64,000 nucleotides of DNA, taken from Octopus vulgaris (taxonomy: Eukaryota). Both the position numbers and the translations under genes were made by a program. Location of the stretch: positions 33,914,001-33,978,000 of the forward strand of contig OX597814.1 in assembly GCA_951406725.2 (NCBI GenBank), read 5' to 3'. The notes below the pieces were generated by a model. It had not been told where the DNA came from. It was given only the letters and a program-made list of their open reading frames with translations, and ran no database searches. This document shows positions 24,089 to 37,364 of this stretch, piece after piece (the stretch's first letter is position 1; the number at the start of each line of letters is the position of its first letter).

Positions 24089-25778
24089 TTGGGTTGGCAA
24101 TTAAGTTCCCACTGCTTTATTAAATTTTGGAATTTATTGCGTTTTTAAATTTTGGAATCTATTTTTTTCGAGAATTCTATTTTTGAATCATTTTGGAATC
24201 TTTTCTTTCTAGTTAAGTTTAGTTGATTTTTGTTTATTTTCAAATCATTAAAATGGAATGTCAAATTAACAAAAACGAGCATTTTTGACACCTCCTTTTT
24301 GCTTTTAATCAAGTTTCTAAGGCCGCAAAAGCTGCTTGCGACATTTGTACTGTGTATGGAGAGGGTGCCATAGCTGAAAGAACCACTCGTGATTGGTATG
24401 CCAACTTCAAAAATGGAAATTTTGACCTCAAAGACGCACCTCATTCTGACCGTCCAGTGGAGTTTGATGAAGAGCAATTAAACCAATTTTTGCACGAAAA
24501 TTCTCGTCAAACGACAAGGGAACTGGCAGAGAAAATGGAATACTCCCACATTGCTATAGAGAAGCATCTTCATTCGATGGGAAAGGTTCAGAAGTATGGG
24601 GCAAGGGTTCCGCATGCTTTGAGTGACAACAACAAAAATCAATGAGCCCCAATGTTTGCTGGTTTGCTTGCTTGTCACCGCTCAACTCATGGACACAAGC
24701 AACGATTTCTTTACCAAATCATTACTGGCAACGAAAAATGGTGCCTGTACATCAATATGAAGCAGCGTAAAGAATGGCTTAGCCCCAGTAAAGAAGCGAC
24801 ACCACGCATGAAACAAGATCTTCATCCGTGTAAAACAATTTTGTGCGTATGGTAGGACTGGGAAGGGATTATACATTACAAATTGTTTGAATGGAACCAA
24901 ACGGTCAACGCAGAATGCTACGTTCAACAGATGGAACAACTCAACACAGCTATTCAAGAGAAAAGACCTAATCAGCAGCATGGAGTTCTTCTGCTGCATG
25001 AAAACGCCCGCCCTCATATCGCCAATATGACCAAGGAAGCCATTCAAATGCATGGCTTGGAAGTGCTGCTGCACCCGCCGTACTATCCTGATTTGGCACC
25101 AACGGATTTCCACCTCTTTCGATCTCTTTCAAATGCTCTGTGCGGAGTTTCGTTCAATACTGATGCAGAATTGAGAGCTTGGTTGGATTAATTTTTCAAG
25201 TTGAAATCGGGTGATTTCTACCAACAAGGTATTGAAAATCTTGTTGAACATTGGGAAGAAGTTGTAAACAGCAAGGGCGAATACATTATTGATTATCATC
25301 ATTATCATCATTGTTTAACATCCGTTTTCCATGCTAGCACGGGTTGGACGGTTCAACTGGGGTCTGGGAAGCCAGGATGCTGCACCAGACTCCAGTCTGA
25401 TCTGGCAGTGTTTCTGCAGCTGGATGCCCTTCCTAATGCCAACCACTCCGTGAGTGTAGTGGGTGCTTTTTACGTGCTACTGGCACAGGTGCCAGGTGAG
25501 GCTGGCAACGGCCACGATCGGTTGGTGCTTTTTACGTGCCACAGGCACGGAAGCCAGTCAAGGTGGCGCTGGCATCGGCCACGTTTGGATGGTGCTCTTT
25601 ACGTGCCACCAGCACAGGTATCACAACTACAATTTCCATTTAATTTTTTGATGTTGATGTACTTGACTCAATAGGTCTCCTCAAGCACAGTGTGTGTATA
25701 TAATTAGTCATTATTTTTTATTAAACATTTAAAAAATTTAAATTTAAAAAAACGGCGGGAACTTAGTTGCCAACCCAA
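24089..25778 (+). mobile_element. Mariner transposon, defective
   Basis: TIRs TTGGGTTGGCAATTAAGTTCCC / GGGAACTTAGTTGCCAACCCAA; transposase about 24253-25295 with stops; TGNEKW, HENARPH and YPDLAPTDF show two of the three catalytic D changed. Confidence 0.92.
25294..25692 (-). mobile_element. RTE 3' UTR fragment inserted in the mariner
   Basis: (CAT)n then TTTAACATCCGTTTTCCATGCTAGC; matches 59840-60214. Confidence 0.85.
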
Positions 25779-25815
25779 AATCTCTCTCTCTCTCTCTCTG
25801 TATATATATATACTG

Positions 25816-26028
25816 TTGTGTCTGGGGAGAGTCATTCTCTTTAAGTGCCTTATAACTTAACACTCACCGGTAAAATTTCCTCTCATTTACTTATTTATTT
25901 TTCTAAAATGTTCGTTGTATCTTTCAACCTTTTCAAGATTTGTTGACTTTGTCCGTTGAGTGGAAATTTTGCCAGTGAGTGTGTTAAACTATAAGGCGCT
26001 AAAAGAGAATGACTCTCCCCAGACACAA
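25816..26028. repeat. Short foldback element with ~65-bp imperfect inverted repeats
   Basis: TTGTGTCTGGGGAGAGTCATTCTCTTT.. versus ..AAAAGAGAATGACTCTCCCCAGACACAA. Confidence 0.75.
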
Positions 26029-26269
26029 TAAAATATGCTTCAACACACGAATTCATATAAAGAATGTTGCAAACTAAATCCAAAAACGACATACATAGAT
26101 AGACAGAGAGATAGATAGATAGATAGATAGATATATAGATAGACGAGCACCGAAATAGCTTGTAATATGGAGAACTGTAATATGAGGAAGAAAGTGCGAT
26201 TCATCTACATCTCAGTGTCGATTACACACACACACACACATTTTTACCTTGTTTCCTTAATTAAACTGG

Positions 26270-26505
26270 CTATGCAGGGGGCACTGCCTTGAAGAATTTT
26301 AGTCGAACAAATAAATTTGCTACTTATTCTGTCAACACTTTTGCTGAATAGCTAAGTTACGGGGGACGTAAACAAACCAATACCGGTGGAGGACAAACAC
26401 ACTTCAAACACCAAGACACACACGCTGATATATACACACTGGTCACTTTCCCAGACTGAACCCGAGACCACCTGGTTGGGAAGCTAGCCTTTACACCGTC
26501 GCGCC
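26270..26505 (-). mobile_element. Degenerate, deleted SINE family A copy
   Basis: GCTAAGTTACGGGGGACGTAAAC and GACTGAACCCGAGACC blocks. Confidence 0.65.
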
Positions 26506-28273
26506 TGCAAACAGAAACACAAACACGCATGCACTCGCGCGCCTGTCCTATAAAATTTAGGTTCAGCATGTACATTGATCTAGGGCTCAGCGAGCCATAG
26601 AAGATCCGTGAATATTTGATGGGGGACCTTCCTAGAGAAACCCACCTCGCAGTTCTCTTGAAGTGCGAAAAGACATCGTCCGGCTTGTGGGTGAATGTCG
26701 TTTTTTTTTTCTGCTTTACAAAATTTATTTTAGAGGCCTTGTACACACACTACACATTCCCACACACACAACACACACTTGCGTACAGAAACACTTGAAA
26801 TGATAAGATTATCATAGTAACACATTCGGATGAAAAGATCCAGCAAGGCGCAACATGGACTAATATTCGACTGATAACTAATTTTCTGCGTTACCGATAC
26901 TCGCAGGTTAACCTCGAAATTATATTGTTATAATTGTAGAGAATGTATCTTCTGTTATCAGTTGCTGCAATACGGTACGTTGGAATAAGTTTCACTTTGC
27001 TAAATGTCATGAATTAAAACGTCATCCGATAGTATCGGCATTTAACTGTATACATATATAAATACTCACATGCATAGTATATATATAATATGTGTACAAT
27101 AGATAAACATCACCTTAGATATTTTCAATTGTCAAACATAATAAACAACCTTTATCGTTGTTGTTGATGGTGATATTTTAAAATATTTGATTTTATTATC
27201 GCTTTCTTTTAATCTTTATTTGATAACATAAACACCGTTTTGTTTTTTTTTGTTTTTGTTTACTTTTCTCTACAGGTAGTTCTGTAGTTGGGGTTCGGAA
27301 TATCATTTGATTGCATTTAAAAAAAATCCCTTGATTTGTTGTTGGCTGATCTACACTACACGTTATCGAAAATTTCATTTCAATTGTCGGTTATTAGTGA
27401 ACCGTCATCGATAACTTGAACGGAATCGAATTAAATTAATTTTTTAGAGGGGTGTGAAAGAAAAAAAAAAAAAAGAGAAGCTTTTTGTACAATAATTTTA
27501 ACATGATGTGTTCCTGTTTCTTGTTTGAATCGTAGTGGATATAAGGCGTTGCGTCCGAAGATAAACTAAATTTGTTTCGTAACTGGCTACAGTTGTTGTT
27601 TGTTAGCTCAGGTCAGCCATGATCTTGTGGATCTATGGTCAAAAGCGTTCTAGCCGTGGCCATCTCAGTTTTTCTGGGACTGCATTATCTAATGTCTTTC
27701 TTATTTTTAAGACGAAGTATGCTTAGGGAACAATTTGGCTGCTATTTCTAACTGGCTCGTGTGACCACATAGAGGCTCACTTGGCTTTAGTTTGTGCAGC
27801 TACTGGAAGATATTGTTCTTGACCTATGAATGTCTTGTCTTCCATTCTACTGAATAATAGTAATTGGTTCATAAACTTAATAACTCTTGACTACTTTCCC
27901 AAACCTATGTATCTTCTTTCTGCATCGTTATGCTTCATATTATTTCTGAATTCGTCTTCCCTAAAACTGTCCAACGCTGGATGTACAAACTTAGAATAAT
28001 TGAACCTGGGTACTAATTTTTTTCTAACATAAGAAGGTTCTCGGGTTGTCAAACTAAGACAGATCCTTAGTCGTAATTAATTGGAGTGGATAAAATACCA
28101 CTATATGTCCTATTGTTGGTATTGGTGAAAAGAAGAAGAAAGAAACTAATGAAAATTATTTTTACGTGGTAATAAATCAAGTCAAAAGCAGAATTGTTAG
28201 TCTCGGATAAAATTCTTTGTGGTAATTAGTTACGCTCTGAGTTCAAACCCCACCAAAGTTCGTTAAAATAAAG

Positions 28274-28916
28274 GGTAAATTTTGGGAAGTACACCCTCAT
28301 GCGTTTCACTAAGGAAAAACCCCACAAAAAACTTCGAATTTTTTGAGAGGAATCAAATACCCTGACCTCCTGATGTGCCGTAAACCCCTTATTACATATT
28401 AATTCACATAGTACCAACTAGTAAATATATATTTAATAACGAACCATGTAAGCCACACTGTCGAAAACGTATTTCTGTAAAATGTTGAGGGTGGGGAGTG
28501 AAATTTCCGAGGAGTCCACCCCCGCCCGCCCCCGTTTTCCGAACCAAAAAAAGTGTTTTGTGACATATTATGAGGCCACCGTAATTCATTCAACGGAAAA
28601 AAAACAAGCATTTTCCAATGATTCCAGGAGTGGGGGGTGAAATTTCCGAGGAGTCCACCCCCGCCTGCCCCCTTTTCTGGACCAAAAAAATGTTTTGGGA
28701 CATATTAGGAGGTCACTGTAATTCATTCGACGAAAAAAAAAAAAAAATTCCAATGATTCAGGGAGGGGAGGGCAGTTTCCCACCCAACCTTTTTTCCAAA
28801 CAAAAATAAGGGGCTTGCAGCACATTAGGACGTCGAGACATTTGAGTCCATGCACAAAATCCGAGGTTTTTTTTCTTAGAGAAATGGGTGTGGGTGTGTA
28901 CTTCCCAAAATTTACT
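28274..28916. mobile_element. Non-autonomous TIR element (Mutator-like) inserted in an old Nin-SINE
   Basis: TIRs GGTAAATTTTGGGAAGTACAC / GTGTACTTCCCAAAATTTACT; flanking duplication AAATAAAG at 28266-73 and 28917-24; internal ~140-bp tandem repeat. Confidence 0.75.
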
Positions 28917-29189
28917 AAATAAAGTATTAGTCAAATACAAAGATCGATTTAATTGACTGTACCTTCTCTCAAAATGTTTGGTATTATGACAATGTTAGAA
29001 ATTGGTAAATTAAATCAATGGATGGTACTTCAACATAGTTTCAACCAACTCAATGTTACAGTGAGGTCCTCCCCTATATTCTGCTATATTTAAGATGGGT
29101 TTTCACATGACTAAAATATTGTAAACCATAAGGCGACTAGTCAGGTGAGTTGTCCTAATCACATGGCTGGTAAGTACTTGAGGGAGTCA

Positions 29190-30130
29190 AGTCTAAAAAT
29201 CTTCAAGTAGTCTTTCTGTTTGTGAACTTCTCAAAAGCTTTTGACTGGGTACACAGAAGCAAAATAGACCTCAAGAAGTAGCAGCAGTAGTAATGATACT
29301 TTATAAGAGCTAAACTACAATCACCTAATTAAGACACACCAACTTATTTGGCATCAGTGTAGATAGATGCCAAGCAAAGTGATATGCTTTCATTGTTCCT
29401 TATCTTATACCAGGACTATGTCCTTCATATTTTAATTGACAAAATTAAAGAACTCTGCTTCACTCTAACAAAGTTCACCCTCCTCCTTATCACTCAACTA
29501 CAATGCAAAGTATGCTGATGATATTGTTCTCTTTAAAGACATTTTCTGCATGACCTTAAAAAAGCACCCAATATGGATTTGTATGTCAATTCTACAAAGA
29601 CTGTATATCTCTGCTACTTTCAAGAAGGCTTAATAAGGAGAATTATATAAAGCCTTCTAAAATGTAGGCGTCTTTGTATATTTAAGAAATGATATCATAT
29701 CCCTAATTCATCTCTGCAAAAAAATGGGCTGTTCTTGATGGCCCTAGTATCATTTGGAAGTCATTGTTACCTGATGACCTTAAGAGATAGGTTCTGAACA
29801 GTGATGGAATCATCTATTGTATGGGTCCACTGCTTGGACATTTACTAAATATCTGATGGCAAGGCTTACACCTGCTGTTGTAAATATCTCCTGGTAAAAA
29901 CATCCTGCTAAACAAAGACTGTTTAGCAGTCCTTTCACAATCATGATGTCTTTGGATAGAGTTGTATACAGTTTGCTGGATATTGCTGGAGAGATGTATG
30001 CTGAGCAAGGACCCATTAGTGATATACTGCTTTGGACATCTTGATATGATAAACATCATTCAGTCACTCACAAAAACCTTCATGAACTAGCTCTGTACAA
30101 ACATGACCTCTCCAATGCTATGAGGGATTA
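29190..30130 (+). mobile_element. Highly decayed RTE-like LINE RT fragment
   Basis: FVNFSKAFDWVHRSK at about 29220 and YADDIVL at about 29511; many stops. Confidence 0.7.
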
Positions 30131-31837
30131 TTACTATTTCCATGTACTGTGTGTCCATGTGTACATATATTTTTGTGTGTGTTTATGTGCACACATGCAG
30201 AGAGAGAGAGAGAGAGAGACACACACACACATCTTAAAGCTAATTTTAGTATTTTTTTTCTTTTATTTGCAGGACTGAATTTCTATTGATATTTTGGCTG
30301 CTGTTTCTAAATCTCATCTCTTTTGGAATAATCATAGTAAATCTCCAGTTAATGGAAGAAGAAAAGAATAATGCTCAACAAATATATGTGTTCTATGATC
30401 GTACAGAAGAGTAACTAATGGTCTCCGCATGATCCTTGTCTTTCAAAGAATTAAATACAAGTTCTTAGAACCAAGCATTAAACATGAAAACAGATAAAGT
30501 AGTTGCCCTTTCATCACATAAGGTCACTGACAGTTTAAAATCAAAGTTTTTCCAATGGCTACATTTAAAATACAATTGGTGGCACAGTTTTACAGAAACG
30601 TATTACATTATCTAGTTTTATAATAATGCAGTATTTTTAATTGTGCTGCTACTGTCAAGTTTTCAGAGTGGAATTATATATTACATGTGTGATCCTAATA
30701 ATCTTTTGCCCACTTTATAAACATCTGCTCACACACAAACAAACACACATGCATAATGTTTGCTATATTTATAAATGTAGCATGTCACATGACTTTTATT
30801 TTATGAGATTGATATTCATGATTACCTTATGGTTCTCTTCTGTTTCAGTATTCACAATATACTATTGGCAAAAATGGTGAAAATATGCATAATATAAACA
30901 TGAATTTTGATGAAAATTTCAGTGGCAGGTCTCTTAAAAAGAAAGCTGTCAAAAGACTGTCAACTTATAAGCTGGAGTTCTTAAACTAATTAATATAACC
31001 ATTTAGTTGTAGTGACAAAGTTATGCAATCTGAATGAAAATATTACATATATATATATTCAGCACAATAATCAAGCATTCCTAAAGCAACATTTCTTTTC
31101 AAATGAAAACTTTATGGAAAGATTTTTTCCTATATGTTTAGTTTTCCTTTTTTCTTTTGTTACTTTGAAAATTAAGAAATCGGTAAACAAATTTTCAACA
31201 ATTCTAAGTATCCTAGGTGTTTGAATAGTGGCCTTATATATGAAAATGTGCTCTTATACAAATATGACTAGGAAATCTGTATTTGATTATGTACCAATAT
31301 GACATATTCGTATACACGTGAGTGTGTGTTTGTGCATATGTGTGCTGCTATACTCTATTATAGAATATATCTATAGAATAATTTTTTCATCCTGCTGTAT
31401 TTATCAGTGATTGTAAACAACATTTCTGCATATAGTCATGAACAGAAAAAGCAGAAAACGTGACATACATTGATTAATTTCTTCAATTATTGAATTAGGA
31501 TTTCATCAGCAGCTATGGTCATTTTACTGTCCATGAACATTGCTTATAAAACCCACTATCATTAGGTGGTGTACAGTTGCTGATAAAAAATGAATTCAAA
31601 GATTAAAACTTAGCATGTCTAGATCTTTTCTCTCTACAATATTGCATGCACAAATCTGTTGTTTACAATCGTGAAAAAATCTATAAATACCTTCCATAGT
31701 ATAACAGAACAAATAGCAATAAAATAAAATGCTGTTAACGCACCACTAATTTAATTTCTCTCTCTCTCTCTCTCTCTCTGTATATATGTACGTATACATG
31801 TGTATATGTATGAATATATACATATATATATATATAT

Positions 31838-32160
31838 AATCATCCTCCTCATCACCACCATTTAACATCCGCCTTTCATGCTAGCATTTGTGGGATGGTT
31901 TGACAAGAGCTGGCCAGGCAGTACCCTGCACCAGACTTCTGTAACTGTTTGGCAGGATTTTTACAGCTGGATGCCTTTCCCAACACCAACCACTCAGCAG
32001 AGTGGACTTAGTGCTTTTTATGTGGCACAAGCACAGGTGCGGTCAGTTTTGGCAAGGTTTTTACAGCTGAATGCTCTTCCAAATGCAAACCACTTTACAA
32101 TGCAGACTGGGTGCTTCTAAGTGGCACCTGCACTGACAGGGTCACCAAGTATTTGCAAGA
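31838..32160 (-). mobile_element. Older RTE-type 3' UTR fragment
   Basis: TTTAACATCCGCCTTTCATGCTAGC and CAGCTGGATGCC..CCAACCAC blocks. Confidence 0.7.
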
Positions 32161-32599
32161 CAGAAAAAACTCTTGAGAGGGGGAGGGGCATTAAAGGAGG
32201 TGATCTTGTGTTGGATGATGAAAGGCTATAGTGAGGCAGAGAGACAGACAAGTGTCTTGCTGTAGAGGAGATACATGGTTACCTGGCCAGAGAGAGAGAT
32301 CAGGAATGAAGACCGAAGCAGGTGTGCTGCTGCAAAAGAAATACGTGGAAGTGCAGGAGAGAGAGAGAGAGGGAGACAGCAGGATAGAGATGGTGGCAAA
32401 GTGCCTGGCATACACAATGATACAGTGAGACAGAGCATGGGTGGAACACACAGGTCAGAAGCTAGCAGAGGGCTAAGAGGACAGGTTTGGGGAGTGGGAG
32501 GTAAACCTAGTGCATGAAGTGGAAATGTTAGGAAGAGAAGAGATGTAGAGATGTAGTTTGGTATGTTGTGGTAGAGTGTGTGAGAAATTTTGTTAAGTG

Positions 32600-33410
32600 T
32601 GGGTGAAACACTGCACTTCTAGAACTCAGTTTCGCTGATGTGGGTGGGTCTTCTCAAGAACTTCATATTGCTAGACATCTTGGTTCATTGTCATTTCCTT
32701 CGTGAGGCCCAACATCCTGAGATCGGTCCTTACCACTTCATCTCACGTCTTCCTGGGTCCCCCTGTTCCATGGGTACCATCTACTTTCAGTGATCAGCAC
32801 TTTTTTATGCAGCTGTCCTCATTCATACACATCACATGTCCAAACCTATTTCTTTATTACCCACAAGGGGCCAAACACAGAGGGGATAAACAAGGACAGA
32901 CATAGGTATTAAGTCGATTACATCGACTCCAGTGCGCAACTGGTACTTAATTTATCAACCCCGAAAGGATGAAAGGCAAAGTCGACCTCGGCGGAATTTG
33001 AACTCACCACGTAATGCAGAGGAAATACCGCTAAGCATTTCGCCCGGCGTGGTAACGTTTCTGCCAGCTCGCTGCCTTCACATGTCCAAACCAACGTAGT
33101 CTTCTCTCTTGCATGCTACATTTGATTCCTCTTATGTCCAACTTTTCTCTTAATACATTTTCACTCTGTCGTACATGTGCATTGATGTTGCACATTCAAT
33201 GGAGCATACTACCTTCATTTCTCTCTAGTCTATGCATGCCTTCTGCATTCAGAGCCCATGTTTCACTACTATGGAGTATAGCTGTTTGCACACAAGCATC
33301 ATATAGCCTACCTTTCATTCTGAGAGACAGCCCTTTTGTTGCCAACAGAGGTAATAGCTCTCTGAACTTCCTCCACCATTGCTAATTTGGTCACCTAGGT
33401 AACAGAAACT
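32600..33410 (-). mobile_element. RTE-X LINE fragment (ORF C-terminus) split by a SINE
   Basis: Reverse-strand similarity to 59010-59530; interrupted at 32847-33077. Confidence 0.75.
32847..33077 (-). mobile_element. Full-length Nin-domain SINE
   Basis: 15-bp TSD TCACATGTCCAAACC at 32832-46 and 33078-92; B box GAGTTCAAATTCC on the minus strand. Confidence 0.9.
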
Positions 33411-33939
33411 ATATATATATTCAAATGTTCTAGTTTTTGGGTTAAAAAGGAAGAGATTGCTTAATGTTTTATACTCACACACACACATGTATTTGATTAT
33501 ATGTAATATATAAATATATATATTGACAGGAAGGACTTTAATGGCAGTAAGAACATCCTACTGTAAAAATAATGCCTTAATAATAAGTATTTTGTTAAGT
33601 CATGTTAGAATATAAAGATAGATGTTAAATTAAGGAATGCTTATACTTTTATATATTGAGGGTTTAAAATCCAATGCCTCACAGTTACTAGTTTCATTCT
33701 TGACAGAATTCTTAGACTGTGTGATTTTTTTTGGTTAGATATCAGTTGGGTGAATGGGTGACCTTTTAACATCGCCAACCCCATTCTATTTATATATTAT
33801 AATTATTATTTTTGTAATTACAGAACCCAACAGATTTACATACTACATCCCCATGCTAACTCAGATACCATTACCTCATACAAAAATGTCTTCCTTCACG
33901 TAAAGAGCAAAGGCTAAAGACCATGAGATAACACTTAGA

Positions 33940-34210
33940 TAGCTCCCCTTTGAGGCACAAGTCTGGGCAAGGTTGTTTGTGGAAGGCCAGCAGTCGCCCA
34001 TGCATACTAGTTTCCCCCCTTCAAGCTACCAATGTTGTCCAAAGAAAAGGCAAAGGCTGATACAGCTTGGCACCTGTGACATCGCAACTCATTTCTACAG
34101 CTGAGTGAACTGGTGCAATGTGAAATAAAGTGTCTTGCTCAAGAACACAACACACAGCCTGGTCATGATTGTAAGCCTGATGCTCTGACCACTGAGCCAT
34201 GCGCCTTCAC
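33940..34210 (-). mobile_element. tRNA-derived SINE, separate family
   Basis: Minus-strand head GTGAAGGCGCATGGCTCAGTGGTCAGAGC, then TTGTGTTCTTGAGCAAGACACTTTA. Confidence 0.75.
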
Positions 34211-34867
34211 TCCTTTAAATAAATATGAATACAAATATAAACAAACCCCTCCAATAAGTAGACCACATCACACTTCTGAGTTAAAGAGATACAACTTCCA
34301 TTTAACAAGAATCTTGTAGTCTGAGGATTCCTTCCAGAGATAAAACTACTAGTTATAGTGAAGTAGGGAATTTTTCATTATCCACAATAAAATCATTACA
34401 CTACAAATACATTGAAATTTGATGTAGTTGTATGTAGTACATATTGCTTGTATAGGGTGTCATCAATAACAATCCCAAATGAGTTGAAGGCTATTGCTGA
34501 GTAGCTCAAAGTAGTTGAGTCCACTACTCAAATGTGTAGTACACAAAGCTATCAGATGCACAAGAAGGTGGTTTGTGTCCAGCAGGACCTGAGAGAACTT
34601 TTATCATGTGGTTTCCAAGCTCTCCCAATTTGAATCTCCTGAATGCTTCATCTGTGGCATTGCCATGGTGGCAGCGACTGAACATAGCTAAGGACTTAAG
34701 TGGCTTATGTTAAGAGGGATATACATGCAGAGAAACTGAAATTGAATTGCACAACACACACACATAAAACATCTGCAGGTAGAAGACTGGATTCCATAAC
34801 CATGAGATTACAGTTTTCAATGTATCCTAATTTAAGATAGTAGAGTGTGATTTTAAGATAACTTGAT

Positions 34868-35260
34868 TACTCTTACTCTTAACTCTTTTACTTGTTTCAG
34901 TCATTTGACTGCAGCCATGCTGGAGCACTGCCTTTAGTCGAGCCCGGGACTTATTCTTTGTAAGCCCAGTACTTATTCTATCGGTCTCTTTTGCCGAACC
35001 GCTAAGTGACGGGGACGTAAACACACCAGCATCGGTTGTCAAGCAATGCTAGGGAGACAAACACAGACACACAAACATACACACAAATACATATATATAT
35101 ATACATATATACGACAGGCTTCTTTCAGTTTCCGTCTACCAAATCCACTCACAAGGCATTGGTCGGCCCGAGGCTATAGCAGAAGACACTTGCCCAAGGT
35201 GCCACGCAGTGGGACTGAACCCGGAACCATGTGGTTGGTAAGCAAGCTACTTACCACACA
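34868..35260 (-). mobile_element. SINE family A copy
   Basis: Reverse complement of 3643-4027. Confidence 0.9.
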
Positions 35261-37364
35261 TATCTAGCTGATCATACATCCACACAAGGCTCTTCAGTTA
35301 GCATAGGCTTCAAGTAAACTTTTGTTTTGTTGTATAATCCAGGTCAGTCATAGTTGAAAAGCTATGGTGAAAGATATCTAATTTTGACAATCTCATTATT
35401 TCTATATCAGGAACGAAATTATTTAACATAGTCTTTATTTAACCCTTTTGATACCAACCCACCTGAGACTGCCTCTGTTTTTATGATAGAAAGTTCCTGT
35501 TCTAGAAATGATCTTAATTAAAACCTTCCATCATGATAATTTATGTTCCAAATACCAGCTTAATAATGAGAAATTTATCTTTTGATTGGAATCTTAGGAA
35601 GCAAACTTTGAGGACCTGATGACTTATTAAGTTATTTGAAACCACCCACTCTTATACCCTTCCTAAGCTGCCACATAAAGCTGCTGGTGAGATTGAATAC
35701 ATATTGATATGATTCTGTATATTTATTTATACATAGTATACCTGTACTTGCTTTTTCTGTGTAAATCACTGCCTATAAATTTTACTTAGTCTCTTTCTCT
35801 TGACAGTAACCTTCATTAGAGTAGATTACAACATTATTCTATTTATTTTATATGATAGAATATTAACATTAATTGTTTCATAGATTGATTCTATGAGTAT
35901 TTTATCCCAATTTTAATAGTTTAACATTTTTTTAGTTCTATTAATTATTATTTCATTAAGTAATTCTGTTCTCTTATATATACACCCACAAACAGATGTG
36001 ATGATTTCTATGTATGTTTATGATGGAAGTGCTTGAATGGACAGTAAGTATGCATATATTGTAAACTGAGCTTTCTATTTTTTAACTGTATTTCAGTTTT
36101 AAAAGAATGATGCAGGAAAATGTCTGTCTTTGCTTTATCTATGTTCTGAATACTATATTTTCCCAAGCCCACATTCTAAATGTGATGTAATATGCTTTGC
36201 TGTTTTTTTTCTATTCCCCTTACATCATCTTACAAAATATATGTATTTGGTATATTATTTAATTTGCAATTACTTGCATCTTTAAATCTTTCTTTTCCTG
36301 TTTTGCTTTAAAAAATTACAAAGAAAAATGCAACTTCAAACATAAAAGTAATATATATTACTTTTACAAAACCTGGTGAAGAAACTCATAAGAAGGTTTA
36401 ATATTGTCAATGCATGAGACTAAATACAACTTATTGTTCAAAATTTCAGTGTGATTATCAAAAGTAAAACAAAAAATCTGTACATGGTATTTTTTCAGTT
36501 GTGATATTTTTATGTACATATGTAACAATACTACTACTAATAAAAACTATTCTGTAAATAAACTGTTTAAATGATAATGCAATGCTAAGATGGAAAGTTT
36601 TAGCATACAAATATGGTTGTGGATTCAATGATATTTTTTATTCAGATTTGATGTCTTTCAATATTCTTGCATTATTATTATTATTATTTTTATTCTATAA
36701 AAAAAAAGTAACTATATTTGCTTTATCTAATAGATGTCAGGATAAAAATTTATAAATAAAATAAACTAAAATAGTTTTTACTGCAAATTTTTAATTAATA
36801 TTGTAATAATCTGGCATTGATGTGTGTGTGTGTGTGCAAAAGACTGTACTGGCACTGTTACTTGATGTGCATATGGAGGGCATTAGTTTATATAACTAAC
36901 ACCCTCCATATGCACAACTTGTGGTTGAGGGTAACTTACAAAAACGTAGGATAAAGTGGCGAAGATCTATCTCAAGAAGCTGGACATCATGAAAGATTTG
37001 ACGAAGAATTACGTGTGTCATTACATAATTACAGAGAAGACTTGCTCACCTGTGCAAACAGAAGAAAACAGACATCAATATGTAGTAGTAATTGTGATAT
37101 ATGATGTCTACATGTGGGTCTCTCAACCGTTATGTTTCTGTTAAGTCTACATCTGCTGCACTTCCTTCTTTCTTACCCCCTCATCTATATATCACTCTGT
37201 CGCCTTATCAGTCCCTCTTCCTTCTGTTACACTGCTTATACTGTTTTCTATTCAATCTCCTTACCAACATGTTGCTGTCTATCACTGCTGCTTTTCCATT
37301 ACTCCCACTGAAACCATCCTCTCATTTCTATCCCTCTGTTTTTTGTTTTTTTTCCAACCCCATT

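Noticed and set aside
25900-25945. Hammerhead-like trace in the centre of the 25816 foldback
   Set aside because: TTGAAAA and GAAC deviate at too many core positions to support.
27502-27560. Possible C/D box snoRNA
   Set aside because: Both boxes are imperfect (ATGATGT, CCGA), with no terminal stem or recognisable guide.
30352-30414. 20-codon ORF MEEEKNNAQQ.. after a strong acceptor
   Set aside because: Too short and without recognisable homology.
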